A DNA stretch of 63,002 bases, the filler included, from Welwitschia mirabilis (Eukaryota): assembly GCA_051453625.1 (NCBI GenBank). It is 3 parts of one record of this genome, joined end to end, with 100 filler letters (N's around TTAATTAATTAA, not from the genome) between each part and the next. Parts side by side here need not be neighbours in the genome. Positions count along the whole stretch, not along the records: positions 27,761 to 52,075 come from JBOZIK010000001.1; 2 more parts are not named here. One strand, given 5' to 3'. The notes beneath the pieces were generated by a model, which ran no database searches, was not told where the DNA came from, and saw only the letters and a program-made list of their open reading frames with translations. Shown piece after piece: positions 37,806 to 49,649 of the stretch (within the stretch, counting starts at the first letter, position 1; each line of letters begins with the position of its first letter). The position numbers and the translations under genes are program-made.

Positions 37806-38247
37806 CAGATATCCATAGGGTTTGAGACCTAACACGGTAAACCTAGTCAATAGGGATAACTCTTTGCACATGTGAAGAATGTCAGATGTAAGCAATTTGA
37901 TCACTTTCTAAAGGATTATCCACAAGGAAGACAACACAACAGGTTGAATAGAATAGAATATCAACAATCACAAATCAAGGAGATCATGGATAAGCCTTTA
38001 ATAGTCCACCTCAATATGTTATTACTAGTGGCTATGTCAGAGACAAAGGGTCATAAGGATCGAAAGGAAATTAAGGCATTGGAATTTGAAATTGTATCCA
38101 ATGTGTCCTTGGAAAACTTGGCTTAACTAAGATCTTGGCACCTATTTCCAATAGATGTCGTTGAACCTATCGAATTGTAAATAAGAGTCATGGCAAACTT
38201 CATGTAAGGTGGTGAAGAGTGAAGAAGCACTTGAAATGGCATCTGCT

Positions 38248-39193
38248 ATAGTGTTATCTAGAGTTGGAAACTATAGAGGTCGAGTTTTTGGGACACGCGT
38301 GTCGGGTGAGTTGTGACTCGCCAAGTGCGAGTCACCCTCCAAAATTCGTGAGTTTCTCAGTGACTCATGAGTCAGGCGAGTCATAATGAGTCAGCGCGGG
38401 TTAGGGCAAACAAAATACTTTTTTAAAAAAACACTTTTCTAAACAAATTTTAAAGGGCCCACCATCATTTTGGCTTATAAAAAGGCCCTTTCTACCCCAT
38501 TCTAACAAACATTTCACTTCTTTTCAATTGGGAGAGAAAATTTTTCAAGTACAAAGCAGCCTTTGAATAGACACTGTGAAATCTACATGTCACTTTTCTC
38601 ATTTCAGTTTGTTTGTACTTTGTATTGTTCATTTGTTTGTTGTTCTTTTTTGTTTTTCTATTGTCTGTTGTTTTTCTCTTTTAGTTTTATTTTTTCTATT
38701 GTTTGTTGTTCTTCTTTTTCAGCATTTGTGTTGTTTGTTGTTCTTCTCTTTTAGTTGGTTGTTCTTCATTATTAACGAAATTCCTTATGAGCATATAAAT
38801 CTTGAAATTTCTCATAGTATTTCTATAAAGTATCAACTTGACAACTTCCATTGCAATTAACATTAGTTTTTTAAACTTCCCTTGCAAGTAAATAGTCACT
38901 TCATGGGTATGTATAGCAATAATAGGAGATGGTAATTTTGGATTTCGGTTGCAATAAGGACTTAAACCTGTTAATGCATCATATATTTTACATTTAACTG
39001 TCTTAATGTAGTATAGGAAGTCTAAAAATGTCATTGAAATACTTGAAACTATATCTAAAATGCTAAAAAAGGAGACTCTTTAGTGACTCTTTTCAACCCC
39101 TAAGTCTATGTCGAGTCGGCTCCCGAGTCGAGTCGAGTCACGAGTTTTTTCCCCCCCCTGAGTCAGGTGGCAAGTCTGAGTCTGACAACAATG
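38248..39193. mobile_element. Non-autonomous hAT element related to the 20413 MITE
   Basis: Right end AGTCTGACAACAATG and the last ~110 bp match the MITE's right end. GAGTC-rich left subterminus. Left TIR and TSD decayed. Confidence 0.7.
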
Positions 39194-39534
39194 GCATTAG
39201 TACCTTCACTACAAAAGTTGGTGTCTTTGCTAGAAAAGAGCCAATTTTGTGTCCAATGTAATTCTTAACTAGGCATTCAATGCTTGACAAATAATTTTCT
39301 CAATGGGAATGGAAGAGATTGCAAGGAACCCTAATTCTTCTATCATGTCTTTAGCAGTCCAACACGTGGAGGACCCAATTGACTCAAATAAAACACATCA
39401 AATGCCAAAATGATCAAGGCTATTTTGGAGGTTTTCTTCATGACTTGCATGAATAGCTAACAAATAAGCTACCTTCCAAAAAACATGTGGACCACAATAT
39501 AGAGTTGGTTCCAAGTGCTAAGCCACTTAAGTGC

Positions 39535-42500
39535 TCATCTCTTCCTCTTAGAACTAAGAGAGATCACCCTCAAGACAATGTTGTAAATAATCCAAATATA
39601 GAGACAACCACTAGAAGTGGAAAAAGTATAATTAATAGCTTCCTATGTTTTGTATCCACTCTAGAACCTAAAACTTTTGATGAAGCAGAGCACCATGATG
39701 CTTGGATGTTAGCAATGCGGCAAGAACTTAACTAATTTGAATGAAACAAAATTTGGAATCTTGTCCTATTCCTAAAGGGAAGCACATAATTGGAAGCAAA
39801 AGTCTCATAAAACACTTCACTAGATCTCGCTGGGTATAGTGATGCTGACTGGGCTAGTTGTGTAGATGATCGAAAAAGTACTAGTGGTGCATGTTCTCAT
39901 GTAGGAAATTGTTTGGTATCCTGGCTAAGTAGGAAGCAAAATTCAACATCTCTATCTATAGCTGAGACTGAATACATTGCAATTCGAGCCTGTTGTGCTC
40001 AACTCTCATGGATAAAACAAATGTTAATAGATTTTGGAGTAAAGTTGGACTCAATCAAACTCTATTATGACAATACAAGTGCAATTAATATCAGCAAGAA
40101 CCTTGTTCAACATTCAAGGACAACACACATAGATATTCAACATCATTTATTGGAGAGCAGGTTCAAAATAACATTGTTTCAATCGAATATGTCCCACTCA
40201 AAATCAAATTGCTAACGTTATGACCAAAGGCTTGAATGAGGAAAGATTTATCTATCTCAAAAAGAATCTAGGTATAGGGGTTTGCCCCTCATCTCATTAA
40301 TCCATCTTCTCAAAAATAGTCCATGCTTCTCCAATTTCCCATTATCTTTTCTAAATGATTCTCAAAATTTCCTGGAGTGTAACGTCATTTTGCATCAACT
40401 CTTCATCAGGATGTCTTGGTATTTTTTCCAAATGTCCCAGTATTTTTTTCCAAACATCCCCTACTATATTCTGTTTTTTCTTATTTGAACATCCTACCTC
40501 ATTTTCACAAATGTCCACTTTTTAATTTGTGCAAAACCAGGTATTTTAAAACTCGGACGTCCTAGTTTCAAAACCCAAATGTCCCCCTTTCTCCACGAAC
40601 GCAAATTCGTGTGGATGCCCACTCATTTTCTTTTATTTTTAAACAGTTTTCACTCCCTTTTTTCCTCATTTCTTGCTCACTGCCTCTTCTCCTCCAGACC
40701 TCTTGCTTTGAGTACTCTGTTCAACCTCTATCATGGTCAGATCAAAGCTTATTTTCTCCAGGAAAAGGAAAAGAGCCAGCTTCAAAAGAAGAGTGGTTCT
40801 AGTCTATAGGAAGTTGTGGTTTAACTGCTTCTCAAAGAGGCCCCTGACTATAGAAAGAAAAATAGATTTTGAAACCTTCAGGCATGAGGTCGAGATAGCC
40901 CACAAATTTGAAGAACAAGGCTAGATGTATGCCCTAGATCCTAATACAAGAGCCTCTTCCAAAGTGGTAAGAATGTTTTACTGTAATGCAATTTTTGACC
41001 CAGTTCATTGGAGGATTTCTACAAAAGTTTTTGGTAGAGAAATAGATGTGGACCTCGAAGCTATTTCTCTAGTCACAGGGTACCCCAATGAAGGCATGTA
41101 TTGTGAAATAACTCATGTTGGATCTTTACATGAAGCAATCTCTAAGGATATTCTAACTAATAAACTTTGGGGGGCACAGGTAACTTGGAGGGCCCACATT
41201 CCTACAAATAAACTTAAGCCCTTCTATAGAGTGTTGTTTCAGATTTCTACTCATAACTTGGTTCCCAACTTAGGGCACAAAGATGAAGTATCATCATGAT
41301 GTGCGTATATCCTATTTTGTCTTGGTATTGGAGTGAAAAATAATTTGTCTAAACTCATTAGAACTCTAGAAGCCAATCTATAGTAGCCAGTTACTCGAGT
41401 TTGCCATTTGGAGGCCTTATCACTACCCTTTCGGAGAATCATCAGTTTGTTGTGGATAAAAATAATAAGTTGATCAAAGTGCCCAAACCGCTTGGAGTTT
41501 ACTCACTTAAGAAGATAAACATCTTGTCGAATATAAAAGGCCCACTTCCTCCTCAAAAGAAGAAGAAGAAGAAGAAATGCACATCAGAAAGCACTAGTTT
41601 TTGTTCAGGGCCAATCTCAAATGAAGATCCATTACGTGCCATTTCTGAAGTCAAAGATATTGCTCTCAAACCACAGGCCACAGCAGATAATGTGCATAAA
41701 AAGGTTGACTACATCATCTTTGGTCTATCAGCATATAGTCTTGATATTCCTCTTGGCTCCGATGAAGAAGAAGAACAAGGGAAGCAACAGACTACACCTG
41801 AGCATGATAGTTCATCAGAATAGTGTGCTTCCAATGTTATTTTGTACTCTCCTTTTGTACTCCCAAACATGCTATATTTTGTACTTATCTATCTGTAATA
41901 TAATATCTCTGTTGTTCTATCTCAATTGAATTTGTCTCTTTTATTCTTGTCCAACTTTGTCTTGCTCTTTTATCACTTTTCAACAATGACGAATAGGAAG
42001 AAATACTGAAGGATAATACAAACAAAGATCAAAAAGAACATTATCTTAATGAGCAAACTTGTCATTTATCCCATGTCTTTTTAATGATATATTTTGTAGC
42101 CTTAAATGGTAGCTATTATGTGTCATTCTCTATGCACCCCATGATTTTTTATCAACTTGAATTTGTGTTGGAAGTCGTCTTCCATCTGTTCTGCTTAAGT
42201 TGTGCTAATCAAATCAATAAAGATTTCCCTTTTGTTTAACCTATCTGTGCAAGTTTTTGTCAATTTTTAGGGGGCACAAATTTAGGGGGAGAGAGTCTCC
42301 TCACTTTGATCTCTTATTCCGAAAATGGGTTGCATCATTGAAAAGGGGGAGATAGTTTAAGAAACGAGTTTCAATGATGATCTTGGGTCTCCCACATTCT
42401 AAATTGAGCTAGCAAAATCATGGGATGTTCACATTTACTGTTCGGGACATCCAGACTTGTGCACAGCATTATGTATTGGGATGTTCGACCTATCTTCTTA

Positions 42501-43536
42501 GAATGTGAAGACCTGTTAGCAGCTGTTTATATTGGGACGTCCGACATATCTTATTGAGACGTCTGAGCCTGTTAGTTGCTATTTTGTACTAGGACGTCCA
42601 ACCAATATTCTTGGGACATTCAAGACCGTATACGATAACGTAAAAGATGAAACATTTGCACTTTAAATTGAGACATCTAGCCTTCCTCCCAATTTTGAAC
42701 AGAAAAGCAATTAAAATCAGGATGTTGTGATTTTTGGACTTGGACGTCCAGGACGTCCAGGTCGGCAAAGAAGGTTAACCGTTGAAAGCATTACATTTAG
42801 CAAATTAAGAAGCAACTGGATGTCCAAGTCGGCAAAGAAGGTTAACCGTTGAAAGCATTACATTTAGCAAATTAAGAAGCAACTAGTCAGATCATTAATC
42901 TAGCAAATCAGCCAAAGCAAAAAGGCACCCTATACAAAGTTGCAACAACTAGTTTTTGGTGTCATGATATTAAAAGGGCACCAGGTCCATGAAAGATAGT
43001 CCCTATGTTTAAGAAAATATGTTGAAAATTTGTTTACATTGTACTATCCTCTGGTCTATTCTTTTGCTATCATTGTCTTATACCTTATTGAGACATCAAC
43101 TCCCTGAGAAGCATTCGATTGTCCAAGCTGATGATTGATACAAACTAGGCATACATTTCATCAGAAACCATATTAATTCAAGCTATTGTATTGAGCTCTA
43201 GAAGAGTCTGTTATGAAAGCCTTAGGACCCTTGTGAAGGGTGCTAGAAGGTTGTAAACCCTTTGAGATAAGGGGATTGTAAATTTCGTGAAGAAAAGCAT
43301 TAAAGGAACTAGGAGGCCGAAAATTGTTGCTGCCTCCTGAGAGTGGAGTAGGCACCTTGCCAAACCACTATAAATATGGGGTGTTCTTTACTGTGTGTGC
43401 CTTCTTTTTGCCTTTAAGTGTTGTTTAAATTTGTTCAAATTATTATTTCAGTTTTTAATTAATTCTGGCAAAAAATTATCAACACCCTATTCACCCCCTC
43501 CCCCCCTTCCTCTAGGGTGCCATTCCGATCTTAACA
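39535..43536 (+). mobile_element. Sirevirus 3' half: RT mostly deleted, RNase H, env-like ORF, multiple PPTs, 3' LTR
   Basis: LPLRTKRDHP..EPKTFDEA is homologous to 8282+. GYSDADWASCVDDRKSTSG and YYDNTSAINISKNLVQHSRTTHID follow. AGGGGG(AG) tracts at ~42269, 42284 and 42344. LTR 42354-43536 has TATTCACCCCC. Confidence 0.9.
40733..41823 (+). pseudogene. Sirevirus env-like / extra ORF, ~360 codons, with stops and a frameshift
   Basis: Three ORF pieces between RNase H and the PPTs, with motifs ERKIDF, G*(W), VVRMFYCNA, HNLVPNLGH and LPFGGLITTL. Confidence 0.75.
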
Positions 43537-44559
43537 GAGTTAAGCTGTAGCCCATCAAATAGCCACTAGCTATCCAACCAATCCCATTGTGAGGATCCAC
43601 AAGGCTTAAGTGGATAGGCCACCCCAATCGAGGCACCCTATGCTATGGTGGGGAAGATAGGTTGGAAGTAGAACCAGACATGACTACATCATAGGATGTC
43701 CCACGTGGAAGGGGATATCGGGCATGATCAATACTGGTACCACATCAAATCAAATGGAAAATGAGGTCAATCTAGGCAAGGTCATAGCCTATCTAGCCAT
43801 TGGACAATAGGAGGCTGGAGCACATATTTTTTCTCGCATTGGGGGAGCATCAAGCCCACTTCGAGATTTTCTAGAGGTGATTGTTACACTAAAAATGTAG
43901 AGGCTAAGAAGGTTGTACTGGCTTCTTTAGAACAAGGCCAACCTGCTAGTCTAGTGTTTGAAGAGTTGTTCTGATGAAAACCTATAACCTCTCAACAAAA
44001 GGTTCGTGGGGGTTCTTAGGAGAATATCAGGTAATTATGTTTCTGGAAATAGTTTTCAAATAGTGAAGTTATCAAACAACAAGGAAGCTCTCAAACAACA
44101 TATCTAGTTGTTAATGATGTTTAGATTAGCCTCTGCTTACTGTAAGTACCACTTACCAAGTAGCCAAATGCACAACCAATAAGCTATGTAGATATGTTTA
44201 CCGATCTCGTGTAGGAGTTGGGGTATGCAAGTGGCTAGGCCTACAGTCCCATGTGCAAGAAGCCCGACACAAGGAGACATCCACAGCCATAAATAACAAC
44301 AAGATGGGTTATATTGTTATGTGAGTATCGCTAGTGTTTGTGCTTCTGTTGCACATAACATGGTATGGGGGTTAGTCGCGTTTAGATTCGCATGTATCAT
44401 CTGCTGGTAGACGAAAAGGAGCACCATACACATTGGGTAGAAGAAAATGCTTTTGTGAAATACATAGTATAAACGCGGACACTGTTTGAAATGAATGAGA
44501 GGGGGGTTTCATCTACAGTCACAACAGAGAGAACTGGCCTTCACTTGATACCCGTACAG

Positions 44560-45730
44560 CCTTTATGAAATGGTTCTGGGTGGGCAAGTTTTTCGAGTAT
44601 GTTGCTTTTGCTTCAGTAAAATCTTCTAAACTAGGAAACGTTGGAAAAGTCAAACCAAATTTGTCTTGTTTATATTGTAATGTTATGTTTTAACATTGGC
44701 CCCCCTCCTTTTGTGATATTGTAAAAGGAGGTTATGCTTTAACCCCATGGGGTATTTAAATAAAAAAAAAGAAAAGGGGAGAAGTTTCTAGATTGTCTTG
44801 GCATAAAACCCTAAACCTATTTAAAGGTTGCTTGGGGGTTTGTTTTGTATGGTGATCCCTTTTGCTCCTTAAAGAAGATTAAGAGCTCTACATGCTTCCC
44901 GTGGTTTTCCCTGCAAGGGTTTTCCACGTAAATATGTCTGTGTTGTTCTTATGTTCGCTGTTTCCTTTTGTTTAGCAATTGATTTTTAGTAAAGATTCAT
45001 AACAGAAAAGGCCGCAAATCAATTTTTCACATATGTTGTCAAATACTTCAAGGTGCCATTGCAAATTGTATCATGTTGAGATGCTAGGCTCATAAGCAGG
45101 TTCTGATGGGAAATGCTTAAGCTCCTCAGCATCAAGTTGTCACATTTCTTATCTTATCATCCTCATATTAATGATCAGACTAAAAGAATATATAGCTGCT
45201 TGAAGAATACTTAGGCTATGTTCATCAAGATCAAAAGAATCAGGTGCAACTTCTAGATTAGTTCAATTTGCAATCTACAGAAATCCTCAGCTATGGGTTA
45301 CAATCCATTTGACTTGATTTAGAAGACAACTAAACATTGCTTACTCTCTGGCAGCAATAACACTATCCACAAATTAAAATGCAGAGAGATACCTACAACT
45401 AAAGGAATGGAAGGAAAGAGTAGAAAATGCCAAAAAAAAATACATGAAGTGCCAATTCAACAAATGAAGCAATAAGCCTAAAAAAAGGGTGAAACATGGA
45501 AGCTCATGTGGGTGACAAAGTGCTAGTAAGAGTGAGATATCCTCTATATATGGTTCTACAGAGAACAGCTAGAAAATTTGCTCAAAAATACGATGTACCA
45601 TTTGAAGTCATAAAAAAACTGAACTGGTGATCTATAAACTCAAGCTGCCAAAACATATGCTCAAGGCTCAGAAAACATTTCACATCAACATGTTAAAGTC
45701 ATGCTTTGCAAATCAAAAAGAATCCTGAAT
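44560..45730 (+). pseudogene. Ty3/gypsy integrase remnant (chromovirus, Galadriel-like), split by a solo LTR
   Basis: VGKFFEYVAF | EKAANQFFTYVVKYFKVPLQIVSC*DARL..SYHPHINDQTKR..NPFDL..KYDVPFEVIK..YKLKLP..FHINMLK. Confidence 0.8.
44639..45004 (+). mobile_element. Copia solo LTR
   Basis: (C)GTTGGAAAAGTCAAACCAAATTTG...ATAACA, similar to the LTRs of the 21164 and 33241 elements, including GGGTTTTCCAC. TSD GGAAA/GAAAA. Confidence 0.85.
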
Positions 45731-47232
45731 GCAGTTCGAGAAGGTGAGAATGAATATCAATAAAGGCAATAAAATCAAAGAATATTGCCAGGTCGGATTG
45801 CCACATGGTGGCAAACAATTCCATGAGAAGCAGTTAACAACCTGGCACATGGCAAAAGGATTTTGAAGTAACAAAGGGGCTTCCACCTTTGTGAAGCTAC
45901 TAAAGTGCTCTGTTGAAAAGGCAACAGAAAAGTAACCTGAAGGCTCTAGTGAAGCTGACCAGACGTCCATAAAAGGGATGCAAGAACTGCATTTAACACC
46001 CTTCAAGCTTGGTTTGGGGGAACTTGTTGTGTAAGAACAAGTACTAAACCAACTCAACTTGACTTTGAGAAAACTGACCTACTCAAAGAAAGTGGCCTTG
46101 TTAAAATGGGAACTAGCGAATAGAGAGGGAAAAACGCTTATGATAAGTGGTCAGACTCACAAGTTGGAATATCTGAGGACATTATTCCATTTAACAAGTA
46201 CACCAAATATGAGCCTTTATTCCATTTAACAACTAAACCAAATATGAGCCTTTAGGTTGTTAGGATATTTAAAATTATAAAAGTAACCATTGAACCTTTG
46301 GGTTGTTAGGAGATCTAAAAGTAACCAAGGAAAGGAAACTTCCCATTTTGCTTAAAAATGGGTCCTATTTATTGCATGTTACAACTTAAAAAGAATGGAA
46401 CTTAGCTTGTTGGACTCTACGTCGTGACGCTGGCGGACGGTGAGATACCCAAGTCATTAAGAGAGTTGACAGATTGTCTAACAAAAGTAAAACGCAATGA
46501 AGTATGATTAACCAAAATAATAGCATTAAAGGCCGGTTGTGCCCTCCTGCTTTAAGCCACTCCCCTGAGCAATTGTCCCTTTAAGCACGAATCCAAAGCT
46601 CATGGCTGGATCAAGAAGCATAGGATGAAATCCTCATTTTGCAGACTAGAACTTTTATGGTATAAAATCTTTCCAGTACAAGATGCTCTGAGTAATGTAT
46701 GTATAGGTCTCCTAAAGAAGCAATATGGTTTTCCTTCTTTGTATGCAGCTAAGATGCAGAAGCCTCATCACTGTTTAAAGCCCCTTATTTCAGTTGCAAC
46801 AATTTTCTGCGCCACTATGTCCGAACGATACTAAGGGTCTTGCAAACTTAGGTATTAACAATCCACATTAAAAAAAAAAAAAAAAGATTAAGCTTAGAAG
46901 GTTGTGCCATACAAGAAAGAGCTGTTAGGGCACAGGACAACGTTTAACCTTGGTAATTGAGACCATTACCTACGATAAATAGGAAATAAACTAGAAGCTA
47001 CTCTCGAAGGCACAAACAACCAGGAAGAAAGGATCTAAAAGCAGCCCTTTTATGAAACCGACCAAATTTCGCGCGTAAAAGAATGTTGCAGAGAAAATTG
47101 ATGGAAAAGGAAGCCAAAGATCCAGAAATTGAATTATGAAAATTACACACAGGAAAGATGGAAAAGGAGGCCAAAGCGCCAGAAATGGAATTCTAAATAT
47201 TACACACCGAAGAGATTGGAGTGGAGAAATAC

Positions 47233-47345
47233 CAATTCCAAAGGCCAATTCGAAAAGGATCAGACTTTTTGTAAGTGTATGGACCAACGCTCTCGATCTT
47301 CCACTGAGCAAGCCTTCCGCTAGTTTCCACCTTGGTATCTGCCAT
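47233..47345 (-). CDS. BTB/POZ domain protein (At1g21780-like), coding exon 1
   Basis: MADTKVETSGRLAQWKIESVGPYTYKKSDPFRIGLWN-TG|gtatt, 113 nt, phase-2 donor. Matches the recalled family N-terminus MADSKVETISRLAQWRIENFGP..KKSDPFKVGIWNW. Confidence 0.9.
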
Positions 47346-47900
47346 GCTGGGTAAGAGATCCTTCCTCGGTTGACGTTTCCAGCTACAGAAGGCGGATAAT
47401 TGCAGGAACAGTAGGATTGAGCATGTCAACAAGAAGGAAACGAGGGAAAGTTATTTAGAATCTTAATTGCAGACACTGTGCCTTTGTTTAAGGGGAAAAC
47501 TGTTGGGCGGCTTTTCGCGCAACCCAATGCGCAGCGTCCTCCTAACTTGCGCTTTCATCAGGGTGAGGCAAGCCTTTTGGCCGAAGCAGCGATGTGATTG
47601 ATAAAAAAACCCGTGCATAGATGTGATTGACTAAAAAAACTTTGCAATTGACTAAAAAAACTTTGCAACGTAGGGGGCTGATAGGTAATACAGGGATGCA
47701 TTAATTAAAAACTTTGGACGGACGGAGAATGATCAAAAGAATTATGCGGGAGGAGGGTTTGCTGGGTCAGAAGAAAATATATCCGTCGTTGTATGGCGAC
47801 AGTTTTGTCCTCGCCGCGGTGGAAATTGCGGGTTCGCTGGAGGGGGGCCTTCAACCTGCACGAGAATGAACAGACTTGACATCATTATGTTAATAAATCA
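47346..47900 (-). promoter_or_regulatory. Likely 5' UTR / proximal promoter of the BTB gene
   Basis: Island that retains CpG in an otherwise CpG-poor window. Candidate 5'-UTR intron acceptor ttctgtag| before 47382. Short ATTGA(C)TAAAAAAAC repeats at 47597-47661. Confidence 0.5.
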
Positions 47901-48069
47901 AGAGTTGCAAGAATTATGTGCATTTGTGTCATGAAGAATGGAATACATCTGTTTATCGATTCTAAGTCTGACCTTTTGATGGGGGGTTGACAAGGTGAGT
48001 CTGACCTTTTGAAAGTGATCAGTGATGCAGCACATGGTAATATACTGCGAGACTTTTTACATGCAGATT

Positions 48070-49649
48070 TGAAGGGTTTAACAAAGTATTATTCTTTATC
48101 TTCAAGCAAAGAATTCCTAGTGGTGGAATAGTTTTGATTAAGAGTGAAACATTAGTTAGATGGTGAAATAATGTGTATTAGTGTTGAAATAAAGTATAGT
48201 AATGCTTATGCCTTGAAGTAACTAGCTAATATATATATATATATATAGATCTAATATTTGGCCAAGAGATATCAAATTTTGTCGCCTTTTGGACGAGAGT
48301 ACAAGTATCAAACCTAATTTCACTTTGTTTCCACATTGCAATCGACTATTTTTGCTTAATTAGAGAATAACCTATTTTTATATTTGAATTAATTAATAAT
48401 AAAAATATTTTTAGTTTAAATAAAAATAAATAATTTATTTAAAATAAAAAATAAATAATATTTAACGGTGTCCGGGACAAATCAGTCATTGGGTATTGGC
48501 CTCTTAGCCAAAATGAAGAGTTCAATAGAGTATCATTTTTTATCTCCAAGCAAAGAACTCCTAGTGGTGGAATAGTTTTTATTAAGGGTAAAACATTAGT
48601 CATATGGTGAAATAATGTGTATTAGTGTTGAAATAAATTATAGTAGTGCCTATGTCTTGGGGTAACTCGCTTAAATGTATATGTTATATATACATCTAAT
48701 ATTTGGCCAAGATATCAAATTATGTCGCCTTTTGAACAAGGGTACAAGTATCAAACCTAATTTTGTTTTGCTTCCACATTGACATTGACTTTAACCATAG
48801 TCAAAGTTGACTTCACCCATAGTCAAAGTTGACTTTAATTGTAAAGTCAATGTTGACCATTCACAAAAAGTTAATGCCTTGCTTTTGGCCAAATTTTTCT
48901 TTTTTCTTTTTATTTTTAAAATTGTATCTTATTTATTTAATTAGAGAATAAACTATTTTTATGTTTGAATTAATTAATAATAAAAATATTTTTAATTTAA
49001 AATAAAAATAAATAATATTTAACAGTGTCCAGGACAAATCCACCATTGGGTATTGGCCTCTTAGCCAAAATGAAGGATTTAGCAGAGTATCATTTCTTAT
49101 CTTTAAGCAAAGAACTCCCAATGGTGGAATAGTTTTGATTAAGGATGAAACATTAGTCAGATGGTGAAATAATGTGTATTAGTGTTGAATAAAGTGTAGT
49201 AGTGCTTATGCCTTGAAGTAACTAGCTTAAATGTATATATTATATATACATCTAATATTGGGCCTAGAGATATCAAATTTTATCGCCTTTAGAGGGTACA
49301 AGTGTCAAACCTAATTTCGTTTTGCTTCCACATTGACATTGACTTGAACCATAGTGAAAGTTGATTGTACCCATAATCAATGTTGACTTTAATTGTAAAG
49401 TCAATGTTGACCATTCACAAAAAGTCTATGCCTCACTTTCGGCCAAAATTTTCTTAATTTTTTCATTTTTAAAAAGCGTATCTTGTTTGTTTAATTGAAG
49501 AATAAACTATTTTTATATTTGAATTAATTAATAATAAAAATATTTTTAATTTAACATAAAAATAAATAATTTATTTAAAACAAAAAATAAATAATATTTA
49601 ATAGTGTCTAGGATAAATCAACCATAGGGTATTGCCCTTTTGACCAAAA
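48070..49649. repeat. Three-copy tandem array (units ~444, 557 and 579 bp)
   Basis: Units start at 48070, 48514 and 49071. Each has AAGCAAAGAA.TCC...GGTGGAATAG...ATGGTGAAATAATGTGTATTAGTGTTGAA and ends GGGTATTG.C...CCAAAA. Confidence 0.92.

Larger units (their letters stand above)
32510..39530 (+). mobile_element. Fragmented Ty3/gypsy gag-protease remnant, interrupted by a copia and a hAT element
   Basis: PBS-like TGGTATC at ~32514, knuckle remnant CKQFDHFLKDYP (~37887), and LPKKHVDHNIELVPSAKP pre-RT motif (~39470-39527). Confidence 0.55.

Noticed and set aside
38563-38860. Hydrophobic Phe/Cys-rich ORFs as membrane proteins (also 1350-1598 and 26055-26240)
   Set aside because: Products of T-rich or CT-rich low-complexity sequence inside repeats.
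2419-43536. LTRs at 2419-3435 and 42354-43536 as the ends of one 41-kb element that captured exon 2
   Set aside because: The LTR interiors differ strongly, the flanks do not form a TSD (AAACA versus GAGTT), and the pre-RT region occurs in both halves. They are separate related insertions.
46184-46253. 35-bp tandem duplication near the 5' end of intron 1
   Set aside because: Real but ordinary, with no sign of function.
47193-47432. The 79-aa ORF as a complete small protein
   Set aside because: It uses a TTG start and reads through the splice donor. Family similarity covers only 47345-47233.
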